From: Gemmatimonadaceae bacterium
GTDB lineage: Bacteria > Gemmatimonadota > Gemmatimonadetes > Gemmatimonadales > Gemmatimonadaceae
Direction: 5' to 3'
Assembly (NCBI GenBank): GCA_019637445.1
Contig: JAHBVS010000001.1
Coordinates: 529,586-593,585, forward strand
Length of the DNA: 64,000 nt
Shown here: in pieces, positions 53,959 through 64,000 of the stretch
Numbering within the stretch: the first letter of the stretch is position 1
Layout: the number at the start of each line of letters is the position of its first letter
The notes under the pieces: generated by a model
The model's database searches: none
What the model saw: only the letters and a program-made list of their open reading frames with translations
Told to the model about the DNA's origin: nothing
Program-made: the position numbers and the translations under genes

Positions 53959-54474
53959 GTGCCCACCCACATCGCCCTGCTTCGCGCCGTGAACGTCACC
54001 GGCACCGGCACGCTCAAGATGGACGAGCTGCGGCGGCGAGTGTCCAAGCTCGGCTACGAACGGGTGCGTACGTACATCGCCTCGGGAAACCTGCTCGCGG
54101 ACTCGCCAAAGTCGGCAACTGCCGTACAGCGCGAACTTGCCGCGCTGGTGGAGAAACTCGTCGGGAAACCGGTTGGCGTGTTCGTCCGCTCAGCGGCCGC
54201 CCTCGCCAAGACGCTCGCCGCAAACCCGTTCCCAGACGCCGTGCCGTCCCGCGTACTGGTGCTATTCCTGGACCATCGCGTTCGGCAGGCAACGCTCGAC
54301 GCCATCGCAAAGCCCGGCGGCGAAGAGGTCGTAGCCGCCGGCGGCGAGATCTTCCTCCACTTTCCGAACGGCATGGGCCAATCCAAGCTCCGCGTGCCGC
54401 AGATGGACAGCGGCACCGGTCGCAACCTGAACACAGTGCGCAAGCTGATCGCGATGGCGCGCGAGGACGGCTAG
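53959..54474 (+). CDS. DUF1697 family protein
   Basis: IALLRAVNV.G...KMDELR, TYIASGN, TGRNLNTVRKL. Confidence 0.88.
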   Translation: MPTHIALLRAVNVTGTGTLKMDELRRRVSKLGYERVRTYIASGNLLADSPKSATAVQRELAALVEKLVGKPVGVFVRSAAALAKTLAANPFPDAVPSRVLVLFLDHRVRQATLDAIAKPGGEEVVAAGGEIFLHFPNGMGQSKLRVPQMDSGTGRNLNTVRKLIAMAREDG

Positions 54475-54516
54475 TCCGCGACGAGCGAGGCATGAGACCC
54501 GATTGCCACCCTCAAG

Positions 54517-55278
54517 CTAGAGCAGCCCCGGCAGCACCCACCGCGTTCGCGCCCGATACGCCTCCCAGCCCGGATGCCGCGAGAGACTGCGCTCCTTCAT
54601 CGCCATGCTGGGCAGGAACACCAGCCCCCACACCCACGCCAGCACCAGCCACGGCAGCCAATGCTGGATGAGCATCGCGAAGCTGGCGTAGATCATCATC
54701 TCGCCCGTGTAGTTCGGGTGGCGCACATAGCGGAACATCCCATCGGTGATGAGCCCAGGCTTTGCACGCAGCGTGAACGTCTTCTGCGCATCGGACGCGA
54801 TCATCACCGCCACGCCAACGATGCAGAGCCCAGCGCAGAGCGCCAGCCAGTGCGCCTCGACAATCGGGTACCGACGCGGCGGCAGGGCGAACATCAACCA
54901 GCCAAACAGCGCGTACCAGCCGAGCACGGCGGCCCAGGTCGCAATGGCCGCGGGGATCGTCACGCGCACCTGCCAGCGCGCATCCGGGAACGCCACATCC
55001 TTGAGCAGCCACACCAGCCCGTAGCCGCCGTGCAGCGCCACGTAGGTCCACGCGGGGGCCGAGTTGTCGCCCGCCCACCAGGCCAAGGCGAGCAGGAACG
55101 GCAGCATCAGCGCCTTCTGCGCGTTCACCACCCAGGCCAGCTTCCACGGCCGAGGCCCGCCGAGCAGGTCGATGCTCAGGTGGTTCGTCAGCCGGAACAG
55201 GCGCGCCACCAGGTCGTCGCGCGTGCCAGACGAAGGCGCGGCGCCCGATGAAACGGGTGGGGACGGGTCACGGTACAC
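54517..55278 (-). CDS. DUF1295 / steroid 5-alpha-reductase-like membrane protein
   Basis: Multiple TMs; [19 protein letters not shown]; start uncertain. Confidence 0.8.
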   Translation of the reverse strand: MYRDPSPPVSSGAAPSSGTRDDLVARLFRLTNHLSIDLLGGPRPWKLAWVVNAQKALMLPFLLALAWWAGDNSAPAWTYVALHGGYGLVWLLKDVAFPDARWQVRVTIPAAIATWAAVLGWYALFGWLMFALPPRRYPIVEAHWLALCAGLCIVGVAVMIASDAQKTFTLRAKPGLITDGMFRYVRHPNYTGEMMIYASFAMLIQHWLPWLVLAWVWGLVFLPSMAMKERSLSRHPGWEAYRARTRWVLPGLL

Positions 55279-55342
55279 AGCGCGAATCTACGGCCAACCG
55301 GCCACCGGTGCGTCCTCCTCCCCGCCCCGCCATATTTCCCCT

Positions 55343-55837
55343 ATGGCCACCTCCGCGAATCCCCTGGTGGGCGTGATCATGGGCTCGAAGTCCGACTACG
55401 AGACCCTCGCGCCAGCCTGTGAGCTGCTCGCCCACTTCGGCATCCCCTACGAAGCCAAGGTCGTCTCGGCGCATCGCACACCGGACGAGATGTTCGACTA
55501 CGCCGCGAGCGCCGAACGGCGCGGCCTGATGGTGATCATCGCCGGCGCAGGTGGCGCGGCACACTTGCCTGGAATGGTCGCGTCGAAGACACTGATCCCG
55601 GTGCTCGGCGTGCCGGTGCCGATCACGCAGCTGAATGGGCTCGACGCGTTGCTGAGCATCGTGCAGATGCCGGCCGGCGTGCCGGTGGGGACGCTGGCGA
55701 TCGGCAAGCCTGGCGCGTCCAACGCCGCGATCTTAGCGGCGGAGATTGTCGGCACGCACCGTCCGGAAGTGCGCGAGAAGCTGCGCGCCTGGCGCGCGAG
55801 CCGCGCCGCCGACGTCCGCGGCCAGACGCTGCCGTGA
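55343..55837 (+). CDS. purE: N5-CAIR mutase
   Basis: [39 protein letters not shown]. Confidence 0.97.
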   Translation: MATSANPLVGVIMGSKSDYETLAPACELLAHFGIPYEAKVVSAHRTPDEMFDYAASAERRGLMVIIAGAGGAAHLPGMVASKTLIPVLGVPVPITQLNGLDALLSIVQMPAGVPVGTLAIGKPGASNAAILAAEIVGTHRPEVREKLRAWRASRAADVRGQTLP

Positions 55838-56976
55838 GCGGCGTGACGCACAGCCCCGTCGCCCCGGGCGCGACCATCGGCTTTCTCGGTGGCGGCCAGC
55901 TGGGTCGGATGACGGCGATGGCGGCCCGCACACTCGGTTACGACGTGAAGGTGTTGGATCCTGAGGCACGTTGCCCGGCGCGCGGCGTGAGCTCGGTGAC
56001 GATCACCGCGCCGTGGAGCGATGCCAAGGCCGCGGCCGAGTTGGCCGAGGGCTGCGCGGCCGTGACGCTGGAGATCGAACAGATCCCGCGGCCCTCGTTG
56101 GAGGCCGTGGCTCGCACCGCACCGCTGCATCCCGGCGTGGAGGCCGTGTACACGGTGCAGGAGCGCGCGCGGCAAAAGCAGTGGCTGGAGCGGCACAACT
56201 TTCCCCTCGGCGCCTTCGCTGTCGTCACCGATGCCGATGCCACGTCAGCAGCCGTCGCCAAGCTCGGCCCAAGCATCGTGAAGTCGGCGATGGGCGGCTA
56301 CGACGGGCGCGGGCAGCTGCGCGTGAAGACCGCCGACGAAGGCCGGGCTGCGTTCGAGCAGCTCAAGGCGCCGGTATGCGTGGTCGAGGCCTTCCTCGAC
56401 ATCGCCGTGGAGATCTCGGTGTTGGTCGCGCGTCGCGCGGACGGCACGCACGTCGCGTATCCGCCATCGCGCAACCTGCACACGGATGGCGTGCTGACCT
56501 GGGCGGTGACGCCGTCGGGCGTGAACGACGACCTCGCCGAGCGAGCGCGGCTGCTGGCCAGCGACATCGCGACGGCGCTGGGCATTGTTGGCTTGCTGGC
56601 GGTGGAGATGTTCGTGCTGCAGGACGGCACCCTGCTCGTGAACGAGCTCGCTCCGCGCCCGCACAACACGTATCACCACTCGGAGCGCGCGCATCCCACG
56701 AGCCAGTTCGAGCAGCTGGTGCGTGCCATCTGCCACCTGCCCTTGGGCAGCGTGGAGATCGTGCGTCCGGCGGCGATCCACAACCTGCTCGGCGACCTCT
56801 GGTCCGGTGGCGACCCGGACTTCACGCGCGCGCTGGCGGTTCCCGGCGTCCGCGTGCATCTCTACGGCAAGCACGAGGCGCGCCCGGGCCGCAAGATGGG
56901 ACACCTCTCCGCCGATGGCGACACCCCGGAGCAGGCGCTGGAGCGCGTGCTGAAGGCCTACGCCGCGATACAGTGA
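55834..56976 (+). CDS. purK: N5-CAIR synthetase
   Basis: [35 protein letters not shown]. Confidence 0.96.
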   Translation: MSGVTHSPVAPGATIGFLGGGQLGRMTAMAARTLGYDVKVLDPEARCPARGVSSVTITAPWSDAKAAAELAEGCAAVTLEIEQIPRPSLEAVARTAPLHPGVEAVYTVQERARQKQWLERHNFPLGAFAVVTDADATSAAVAKLGPSIVKSAMGGYDGRGQLRVKTADEGRAAFEQLKAPVCVVEAFLDIAVEISVLVARRADGTHVAYPPSRNLHTDGVLTWAVTPSGVNDDLAERARLLASDIATALGIVGLLAVEMFVLQDGTLLVNELAPRPHNTYHHSERAHPTSQFEQLVRAICHLPLGSVEIVRPAAIHNLLGDLWSGGDPDFTRALAVPGVRVHLYGKHEARPGRKMGHLSADGDTPEQALERVLKAYAAIQ

Positions 56977-57039
56977 GGCGATGAAGGGCTGGACCGCTCA
57001 CGCCGCAAGTGGGCGGCACACGTTGAGGAGGACCTGACG

Positions 57040-57492
57040 ATGGCGACCGCAGCCCCAAGCTTCCGCGACCTCGACGCGAAGGAGTGCGTGGCGCTCCTCG
57101 ACCGGCACGTGGTGGGTCGCCTCGCGCTGTCGCACAAGGATCGCGTGGAGATCATCCCGATCCACTACATCCACGACGACGGCTGGCTGTACTGCCGCAC
57201 GGCGGTGGGCACGAAGCTCGAGGTGGCCAGCCACAACCGCTGGGTGGCCTTCGAGGTGGATGAGATCGACGGCCTCTTCGACTGGCGCTCGGTGGTCGTG
57301 AAGGGCGGCCTCTATCTCCTGCGCAAGGACGGCAGCGAGCACGAACAGGAGATCTACGACAAGGGCGTGGCCTTGGTGCGCCGGATCGTGCCCGAGGCGC
57401 TCACGCCGAAGGACCCGTTGCCGGAGCGGGCGATTCTCTTCCGCATCCATGTGGATGAGATGTCGGGGCGGTCGGCGAGTTCGGGGCGGTAA
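57040..57492 (+). CDS. Pyridoxamine 5'-phosphate oxidase-like (Nim-like) FMN-binding protein
   Basis: VGRLAL...IIPIHY...GTKL...VAFEVD...WRSVVVKG. Confidence 0.85.
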   Translation: MATAAPSFRDLDAKECVALLDRHVVGRLALSHKDRVEIIPIHYIHDDGWLYCRTAVGTKLEVASHNRWVAFEVDEIDGLFDWRSVVVKGGLYLLRKDGSEHEQEIYDKGVALVRRIVPEALTPKDPLPERAILFRIHVDEMSGRSASSGR

Positions 57493-57528
57493 CGAAGGCT
57501 TCTGCGTGGACGCTCGGTCCAGTGCAAT

Positions 57529-57600
57529 TGCCACAGAGGCACAGAGACACAGAGGGTTGCGTGCACTCAGCGGCCTCTGTGTCTCTGTGTCTCTGTGGCA
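57529..57600. repeat. REP-like long inverted repeat between convergent genes
   Basis: 27-bp arms (26/27 complementary) built of CACAGAG units, 18-nt loop. Confidence 0.8.
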
Positions 57601-57621
57601 GCGGTCCTCGGCGCAGCGATC

Positions 57622-58854
57622 TTAACGCCGCACCGCCCCATACCGCGCCAAGATCTCTGATAGCCGATCCAACGGCAGCGCCTCGACCGTCCGCCCGTTG
57701 CCCGTCACGGTGGTCGCCATGAACAGCGAGTTGTAGATCGCCTCCTCCACCGCCTCGACCGCGGCTTGGAACAGCGCGGACATCTGCTCATTCGCCACTT
57801 CCGTGCTCGTCACGCGCGGCGCGTCGAAAGTTCGGCGCACGGATTCCGCAGTCGAAAATGCCAGCGCATAGTCGCCGCTGCCGTTTGACGCCGAGCTTCC
57901 GGTGCGGGCCAGTCCCATCATCGCGCGGGCGGCGAGGCGCTCGAGGTTGCGGTCGCTGAGCGGCGCGTCCGTGGCGATCACGATCATGATCGAACCATCG
58001 CCGTCGTCCGCACCCGTGCCGCCGGGTCGCTGGAAGGCGTATTGACCCAGCTCGCGGCCCACCGGCGCACCCAGCACCTGCAGCACGCCGCCAAAGTTCG
58101 ACTGCACCAGCACGCCCAGCGTGTAGCCGCCGTAGCGCTCGGGCAGCACGCGTGAGCTGGTACCGATACCGCCTTTCCATCCGAACGCGACCGTGCCGGC
58201 GCCCGCGCCGACACTGCCCTCCTGCACGGCGCCCGTGTTCGCGGTGCGCAGTGCATCGCGCACCACCTGTGCCGTGACGGGCCGCGAGCGGATGTCGTTC
58301 AGGCCGCCGTCGTTCGTCTCACCCACCACAGCGTTGATGGATCGCACCTGCTGCATGTCCGGCGCCTCGAGCAGGTACTCGACCATCGCATCGGCGGCGC
58401 GCCAGACGCAGAGCGTGCAGGTCAGCAGGATTGGCGTCTCGAGCTCGCCGAGCTCACGCAGTTGCGTGGCGCCGAGCAGCTTGCCGAAGCCGTTGCCGAC
58501 GTGCAGCGCGGCGGGGACGCGGTCGCGGTATAGGTTGCCGCCGTGCGGCAGGATGGCCGTGACGCCTGTGCGGATGCGGTCACCCTCGACCAGGGTGACC
58601 TGCCCCACGCGAACGCCGGCGACGTCCGTGATGGCATTGAGCGCGCCGGGTTCGAACACCCCCGGTGCGACGCCGAGCGCACGGGCCCGTTGGCGGCCGG
58701 GCACTGCCGCTTCACCGGCCGCTCTCTGTGGCGCTGGCCGAGCAGGCGCTTGGGCCGCCAGGTCGTCGGCCACAGGTGGCGTCGCCGAGGCGAGAAGGGC
58801 GAGCACTCCCACAGCGTGAAGCCAGCGGATGGCGCGGCGGCGGCGATTCAGCAT
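57622..58854 (-). CDS. DmpA / P1 (S58) family aminopeptidase, exported
   Basis: NAITDVAGVRVG, GVTAILP, GAGAGT, GIGTSSR, DGSIM, GSGDYA. Confidence 0.9.
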   Translation of the reverse strand: MLNRRRRAIRWLHAVGVLALLASATPPVADDLAAQAPARPAPQRAAGEAAVPGRQRARALGVAPGVFEPGALNAITDVAGVRVGQVTLVEGDRIRTGVTAILPHGGNLYRDRVPAALHVGNGFGKLLGATQLRELGELETPILLTCTLCVWRAADAMVEYLLEAPDMQQVRSINAVVGETNDGGLNDIRSRPVTAQVVRDALRTANTGAVQEGSVGAGAGTVAFGWKGGIGTSSRVLPERYGGYTLGVLVQSNFGGVLQVLGAPVGRELGQYAFQRPGGTGADDGDGSIMIVIATDAPLSDRNLERLAARAMMGLARTGSSASNGSGDYALAFSTAESVRRTFDAPRVTSTEVANEQMSALFQAAVEAVEEAIYNSLFMATTVTGNGRTVEALPLDRLSEILARYGAVRR

Positions 58855-58871
58855 GGGACTATCTTACAGGC

Positions 58872-59930
58872 GTGCCCATCGTCCCGCTGTTCGGCCACGA
58901 GAACGTCCGCGAGCGCCTCGCGGCGCAGATGGATCGCGCCGCGCTTCCGGCCTCGCTGCTGCTGCACGGGCCGGCGGGCATCGGGAAGCAACGCACGGCG
59001 CTCTGGCTCGCCCAGCGGTTGCTCTGCACCGGCGACGCCAAGCCCTGCGGCGAGTGCCAATCCTGCCAGTTCGCGCTCAACCTCACGCATCCAGACATCC
59101 ACTGGGTGTTTCCGCGCGCGCGGATCCCGAATTCGTCGGACATCGCACTCGACAAGGTGCGCGACGAGTACGCCGAGGCGCTGCAGGAGCGCGCCACAGC
59201 CAATGGGCTGTATCCGCGGCCCGACGGCAGCGCGGGCTTGTTCGTCTACGTCACGCGCTGGCTGGTGCAGATCGCCGCGCGGCGGCCGGCAATCGCCCAC
59301 CGCAAAGTCCTTATCGTCGGCGACGCCGAACGGATGGTGCCGCAGGCGTCGTCGCAGGAAGCGGCCAACGCGTTCCTCAAGCTGCTCGAAGAGCCGCCCG
59401 AGGATACGACGCTGATCCTCACCTCGAGCGAGCCGGGCGCGCTGCTGCCCACCGTGCGCTCGCGCGTGGTGAGCGTACGAATGGCGCCGCTGCCTGATGC
59501 AGCTGTCCGCGCGTTCCTCGAGCACCCGGCCGTGGCGGACGTCGCGCCCAAGGGCAACGCCGAACGTGTGCTCCGGCTCGCCGGCGGCGCGCCGGGCTCG
59601 TTGCTCGGCGGCGAAGAGCGCGAGGCCGCCATCACCCGCGCGCGAGCGCTGCTCGACGCCGTGGACCAGGGCCCGGAGCAACGCTGGCGCGCCGCCTTCA
59701 CCGCCGGCTCGGCCAAGGCCCGCGGCGCCTTCAGCGACACGCTCGAGGCCTTGAGTGTGCTGGTCCACGAACGCCTGCGCGACGCCGCCGAGCGCGGCGA
59801 TGAACGCCAGGCGCGCCGCGCCGCACGCGCGATGCCAGCCATCGAGGATGCCAAACGTGCCGCGGCCGGCAACGCAAACCCCCAGCTGGTCACTGCCACC
59901 TTGCTCGAATCCATCGCCGGAGTGCCTTGA
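58872..59930 (+). CDS. holB: DNA polymerase III delta' subunit
   Basis: [35 protein letters not shown]. Confidence 0.9.
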   Translation: MPIVPLFGHENVRERLAAQMDRAALPASLLLHGPAGIGKQRTALWLAQRLLCTGDAKPCGECQSCQFALNLTHPDIHWVFPRARIPNSSDIALDKVRDEYAEALQERATANGLYPRPDGSAGLFVYVTRWLVQIAARRPAIAHRKVLIVGDAERMVPQASSQEAANAFLKLLEEPPEDTTLILTSSEPGALLPTVRSRVVSVRMAPLPDAAVRAFLEHPAVADVAPKGNAERVLRLAGGAPGSLLGGEEREAAITRARALLDAVDQGPEQRWRAAFTAGSAKARGAFSDTLEALSVLVHERLRDAAERGDERQARRAARAMPAIEDAKRAAAGNANPQLVTATLLESIAGVP

Positions 59931-60394
59931 TGTCCGATCGCAAACTCTCGCACATCAATGTTGCCGGCGATGCGTCGATGGTGGACGTGAGCCAAAAGCC
60001 GGCCGTGCCGCGCGTCGCACGCGCGGCTGGCAGCATCACGATGAGTGACGAGGCCTTCGCCGCCGTGCGCGATGCACAGCTGCCCAAGGGCGACGTGCTT
60101 GGCACCGCCCGCATCGCCGGCGTGATGGCCGCCAAGCGCACGTCGGATCTGATTCCGCTCTGCCATCCGCTGCTGCTGCACGACGTGCAGGTCCGCCTGA
60201 CGATGGACGAGGCGCTGCCCGGCGTGCGCTGCGAGAGCGAAGTGCGCACCGTGGGCCAGACCGGCGTGGAAATGGAGGCGCTGACGGCCGTGTCGGTCGC
60301 GCTGCTGACGGTCTACGATATGGCCAAGGCCGTGGACTCACGGATGGTCATCGGACCGGTGCGACTGCTGGAGAAGCGGAAGGGCGCGCCCTGA
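59927..60394 (+). CDS. moaC: Cyclic pyranopterin monophosphate synthase
   Basis: [37 protein letters not shown]. Confidence 0.96.
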   Translation: MMSDRKLSHINVAGDASMVDVSQKPAVPRVARAAGSITMSDEAFAAVRDAQLPKGDVLGTARIAGVMAAKRTSDLIPLCHPLLLHDVQVRLTMDEALPGVRCESEVRTVGQTGVEMEALTAVSVALLTVYDMAKAVDSRMVIGPVRLLEKRKGAP

Positions 60395-60398
60395 CAGC

Positions 60399-61808
60399 TC
60401 AGCGCACGCGCAGTCGCTGACCCGGCCGGATGATGTCGCCGCGCAGGCGGTTGATCTGCCGCAGCTGCGCGACCGTGGTGCCGTGCTTGCGGGCGATCAC
60501 GCTGAGGTTGTCGCCGCGCTTCACCACGTAGGTGCTCGACGCCCCATAGCGCTCAATCGACGGATTCGGCACGTCGCGCGCGGCATCCGCCACATCACGC
60601 CGCGGCACCACGATGCGCTGGCCTGCGTGCAGGTTGCCGTTCGGCAGCCGCGTGGCCTGCGGGTTGTACCAGTTCAGTTCCTTCGCCGTCAGCCCGTTGG
60701 CCTTGGCGATCTTCGTGATGTAGTCGCCCTCGCGGGTGACCACGCGCTTGGTTGCGACACGCTCGACCTCCGGCAGTGCTTCAAACGCCGCGCTGAAGCC
60801 CTCGGCGCGACCCACCGGCACGCGAAGCCACGTGGCGGCGCCAGTCGGCGGTGTCATCCCGCGCAGGATGTGCGGGTTGTAGTCCTTGAGCGTGTCCACC
60901 GACACGTCGATGGCCTTGGCCACCGCTGCCAGCGGCACATTCGCCGCTACTGCTACGCTATCCCAGGCGAAGGGCTGCACCTCCCGCGCCTCCACGCCAT
61001 AGCGCGTAGGGTCCTTCCCGACCAAGGCCGCCGCGATGAGCTTCGGCACGTAATCGCGCGTCTCCGGCCGCAGGGCCTTGGTGTTGTCCGAGAGCGCGAA
61101 GAAGAGGTCATCGCCCGCCGCGCCTTCCAGCACCTCGGCGTTGGCCTGCAGGCCCCGCGACACACGGCCCGGCCCGCCGTTGTAGGCCGCCGAGGCGAGG
61201 TAGATGGAGCCGAAGTTGTCGTGCAGCTGGTTCAGGTAGCGGATGGCGGCGTCGGTGGCCGCGACGGGATCGCGGCGCTCATCCACCCACCAATCCACGC
61301 GCAGGCCGACGCTCTTCGCCGTGCGCGTCATGAACTGCCACATCCCGACGGCAGCGGCCGCCGAGTACGCGTGCGGGTCGTACCAGCTCTCGATCAACGC
61401 CAGGTAGATCATGTCTTCCGGAAGGCCGCCCGCGCGCAGCTTGGCGTGGATCATCGGCGCGTAGCGGGACCGGCGCTCCAGTGCGACCTCAAAGGTGCTG
61501 CGCAGCGGACCACTGAAGCGCTGCACGTAGTGCTCGACGCGCTCGTGTGATTCGTAGGGCTCGACCTCGATGTCCCAGGCCGGCGGCGGCGCCTCGACGA
61601 TCGGAGCCGGCGGCTCCATCGGCGCGTCGTCGGAGGGTCCCGACTCTTCTTCGAGCGACGGGCCTTCCTCCGCCTGCACGGACACGGCCACGATCTCGTC
61701 GCCGATGGCGGCGGGCGTCGGCACGGTGCGCGGCAGCAAGCCCGCGCGACCGCAGGCGGTCAGCGCCAGCACGGCGGCAATCAGCGAAAGGCGAGTCGGT
61801 GTCGGCAT
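60399..61808 (-). CDS. Membrane-bound lytic transglycosylase with LysM domains (MltD-like lipoprotein)
   Basis: Lipobox LTAC, LIES, GMWQFM, AAYNGG, ETRDYVPK, two LysM. Confidence 0.9.
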   Translation of the reverse strand: MPTPTRLSLIAAVLALTACGRAGLLPRTVPTPAAIGDEIVAVSVQAEEGPSLEEESGPSDDAPMEPPAPIVEAPPPAWDIEVEPYESHERVEHYVQRFSGPLRSTFEVALERRSRYAPMIHAKLRAGGLPEDMIYLALIESWYDPHAYSAAAAVGMWQFMTRTAKSVGLRVDWWVDERRDPVAATDAAIRYLNQLHDNFGSIYLASAAYNGGPGRVSRGLQANAEVLEGAAGDDLFFALSDNTKALRPETRDYVPKLIAAALVGKDPTRYGVEAREVQPFAWDSVAVAANVPLAAVAKAIDVSVDTLKDYNPHILRGMTPPTGAATWLRVPVGRAEGFSAAFEALPEVERVATKRVVTREGDYITKIAKANGLTAKELNWYNPQATRLPNGNLHAGQRIVVPRRDVADAARDVPNPSIERYGASSTYVVKRGDNLSVIARKHGTTVAQLRQINRLRGDIIRPGQRLRVR

Positions 61809-62014
61809 ATGAAAATTGTCGGCCCACGACGCCCCAGACCTGACGGGTCGCCGAAATTCGGAACGCGCAATATCAGAAGGCTGCAACGTCGATGCCAGCC
61901 CCGTGCAGGCCTTTTGCTTGCACTCGCGCGCTTAAGCTGGACGATTGGGACTGTGGCCGCGAAACGGACGCCGCCGCGCGCCGCAGTGCGTGGCGGCGGC
62001 GCCGGTGACCTGGG

Positions 62015-63196
62015 TTACGCCACGCGGGCCATGGCCCGGCCGTCGCCGGATGCACTCAAGGCGAGATACTCCCCGAACAGGCCATCCCAGATGGCGTCCC
62101 AACTGCGCGCGGCCGCGATCCGCAGGCCGGCATCGGACATCGCACGGCGGCGGGCGGGATCATCGAGCAATGACTCGACCGCGCTAGCCAGAGATCCGGA
62201 ATCGCCACCGCGGAAGAGCGCGCCGGATTCCCGCGACGCGAGCTCGAGGGTCGCGCCAGCGTCCGGCGCGACCACCGGGACGCCGGCGCCCATCGCCTCG
62301 AGCACGACATTGCCGAAGGTCTCGGTGGTTGAGGGAAACACGAGGATGTCCGCCGAGGCGTAGAAGCTCGAGAGTGCCTCACCGTGCAGTGCGCCGGCGA
62401 ACCAAGTCCCGGCCGGCGCGAGTTTGCGGCAGGTGAGTTCATCGGGACCATCACCGGCCACGGCGAAGCGCACGTGTGGGCGATCCCGCATCACCCGCTG
62501 CATCGCGGCCATCGCCACGCGCACGCCCTTCTCGGGGGCCAGACGCCCGACGTACGCGACCACGAGATCCCGCGTGCCCGCACCCATCGCCGCACGCATC
62601 ACGTCGGTGCGGAAACGCGGATGGAACCGCAGCGGATCCAAACCACGGCCCCAGATGCGGACGCTCTCGAAGCGATGCGCGCGCAGCTCGTCGGCCACCG
62701 CGCCCGACGGCGCGAAGGTGCGCTGCCCGCTGTTGTGGAACCATCGCAGGTACGGCCAGGCCACCGCGTCGAGCGCCTGCAGGTGGTAGTGCCGGAGATA
62801 GTCCGCAAATGACGTGTGGTACGAGGTCACGAGCGGGACACCCAGCGTGCGCGCCGCGTGCCGACCCGCCAGTCCCACACCAAACGGCGTGGTCGCGTGG
62901 ATCAGCGTCGGCTCCCACTCGGCCACGGCCTGCAAGACCTGGCGCCGCGAAGGCAAAGCGATGCGCAGTTGCGGATAGGCCCAGAACGACGTGCTCTCCC
63001 AGCGTCGAACCTGCGGCTCCTCGACCGCACCTGGGTCAGCGACGGTGTGTACCTGCACCGCCCCGCCCCGCGCCTCGATGGCCTGCACCAGCCGCTCCAG
63101 CGTCCGTGTGACGCCGTTGAGCTGGGGGGCGAAGGTGTCGGTGAAGAGCGCGAGCCGGAGACCGCTAAGGTCCCGGCCCGCAGCAGCGCCGGTCAT
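62015..63196 (-). CDS. GT4 family glycosyltransferase
   Basis: DTFAPQLNGV, YVGRLAPEKG, ETFGNVVLEAM. Confidence 0.92.
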   Translation of the reverse strand: MTGAAAGRDLSGLRLALFTDTFAPQLNGVTRTLERLVQAIEARGGAVQVHTVADPGAVEEPQVRRWESTSFWAYPQLRIALPSRRQVLQAVAEWEPTLIHATTPFGVGLAGRHAARTLGVPLVTSYHTSFADYLRHYHLQALDAVAWPYLRWFHNSGQRTFAPSGAVADELRAHRFESVRIWGRGLDPLRFHPRFRTDVMRAAMGAGTRDLVVAYVGRLAPEKGVRVAMAAMQRVMRDRPHVRFAVAGDGPDELTCRKLAPAGTWFAGALHGEALSSFYASADILVFPSTTETFGNVVLEAMGAGVPVVAPDAGATLELASRESGALFRGGDSGSLASAVESLLDDPARRRAMSDAGLRIAAARSWDAIWDGLFGEYLALSASGDGRAMARVA

Positions 63197-63729
63197 CACC
63201 AGAGCAGCAAGACCGCGATGCCAGTCGCGATGGCAATCGCCTGGCCCGCCAGCACATCGCCAGGGTAGTGCACGCCGAGCCGCACGCGTGACCAACCCAC
63301 GAGCGCCGAGAGCAGCAGCAGTGGCCACGAGAGCACCGGGAAGGCCGCCGCGTACACGAAGGCCACGCTCATCACCGAGCAGGAGTGGCCGCTGGGGAAG
63401 GAGAACTTGTCCGGCACCACCACGTGGGTGCTGCCGATCACCCGCACCGAAGGCCGCTCGCGCAGCACGTTGCGCTTGATCACCTGGACGATCAGGTGTG
63501 AGAGCGTCAGTGCCCAGGCCGCCTTGATGGCCACCAGTTGCAGCCCCGCCGGCGCGAAGAGCATCGGCAGCAGCACCGCCAGTATCGTCATGCGAGCGCC
63601 ACCGACGTGCGTGAGCAGGCGCCAGGCGCGTGTCACGCGCTTGGGCGTCTGCTCGCCGATGACCCAGCGCAGGAACAGCGCGCGGTCTCGGGCGTCGAGG
63701 CGGGTGAGCAAGGGAGCTCGCATTAGCAT
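63196..63729 (-). CDS. PAP2 family phosphatase
   Basis: KRNVLRERP, FPSGH, SRVRLGVHYPGD. Confidence 0.92.
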   Translation of the reverse strand: MLMRAPLLTRLDARDRALFLRWVIGEQTPKRVTRAWRLLTHVGGARMTILAVLLPMLFAPAGLQLVAIKAAWALTLSHLIVQVIKRNVLRERPSVRVIGSTHVVVPDKFSFPSGHSCSVMSVAFVYAAAFPVLSWPLLLLSALVGWSRVRLGVHYPGDVLAGQAIAIATGIAVLLLW

Positions 63730-63795
63730 GGAGGAAAGGTCGGGGAGCCCTGTAAGGGGGAACCGTCGGTATGGAAACGCTTGTGTAACGGCGCT

Positions 63796-63999
63796 TTAGG
63801 CCGCCGCGACGAGGGGCATGGCCTCCAATGCCGCCCTCAGCGGCCGACCGGCGAAACTGTCGGGAATCGGCAGCCCCAAGGCCCAGGCAATGGTCGCCGG
63901 CACATCGAGCAACGAGGTGCCCGCCGGAAGGTCGCCCCGACGCACCGCGCCGCCCGCGAGGACAATGGGAATCGTCCGGTCCAGCGGGTGCTCGCTATT
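63796..63999 (-). CDS. Alkaline phosphatase / nucleotide pyrophosphatase family, C-terminal fragment
   Basis: H..DRTIPIVLAG...LLDVPATIAWALG..P...GRPL; 5' end outside window. Confidence 0.7.
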   Translation of the reverse strand, partial: NSEHPLDRTIPIVLAGGAVRRGDLPAGTSLLDVPATIAWALGLPIPDSFAGRPLRAALEAMPLVAAA

Positions 64000-64000
64000 G

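Noticed and set aside
1-64000. CRISPR array, diversity-generating retroelement, IS elements, rRNA
   Set aside because: No repeat-spacer array, reverse transcriptase, template/variable repeat pair, transposase or rRNA-like sequence recognised

Overview
GC-rich bacterial chromosome segment (host lineage not determinable from sequence alone; Gemmatimonadota-like is only a guess) carrying an apparently complete ~50.07 kb lambda-type siphovirus prophage integrated in a tRNA-Asn(GTT) gene (attL ~3725-3768, attR ~53794-53837). Host flanks: uvrA (5'-truncated), a Lys/Ala-rich basic protein and a MacB/FtsX-type permease on the left; DUF1697, DUF1295, purE-purK, a PNPOx-like protein, a REP-like palindrome, a DmpA-type peptidase, holB-moaC, a LysM lytic transglycosylase, GT4, PAP2 and a partial alkaline-phosphatase-family gene on the right. 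Main observation: nearly all lytic genes lie on the - strand, and attP falls inside the early operon and inside an HNH gene. After excision the HNH frame reads through the att core and its new stop codon overlaps the ATG of the first gene of the replication/late arm, so in the lysogen replication and morphogenesis genes appear cut off from the only obvious early promoter. Other highlights: a ParB-SWIB fusion, an antitoxin whose N-terminus matches the histone H3 tail, a phage-imposed compensated T-stem swap in the tRNA, an integrase lacking its first catalytic Arg, a lambda-like cos site, a duplicated tail tube protein and a DEDDh-TerB / TcmP / DUF5131 accessory cluster. All family calls are from motif recognition by eye, not database searches.
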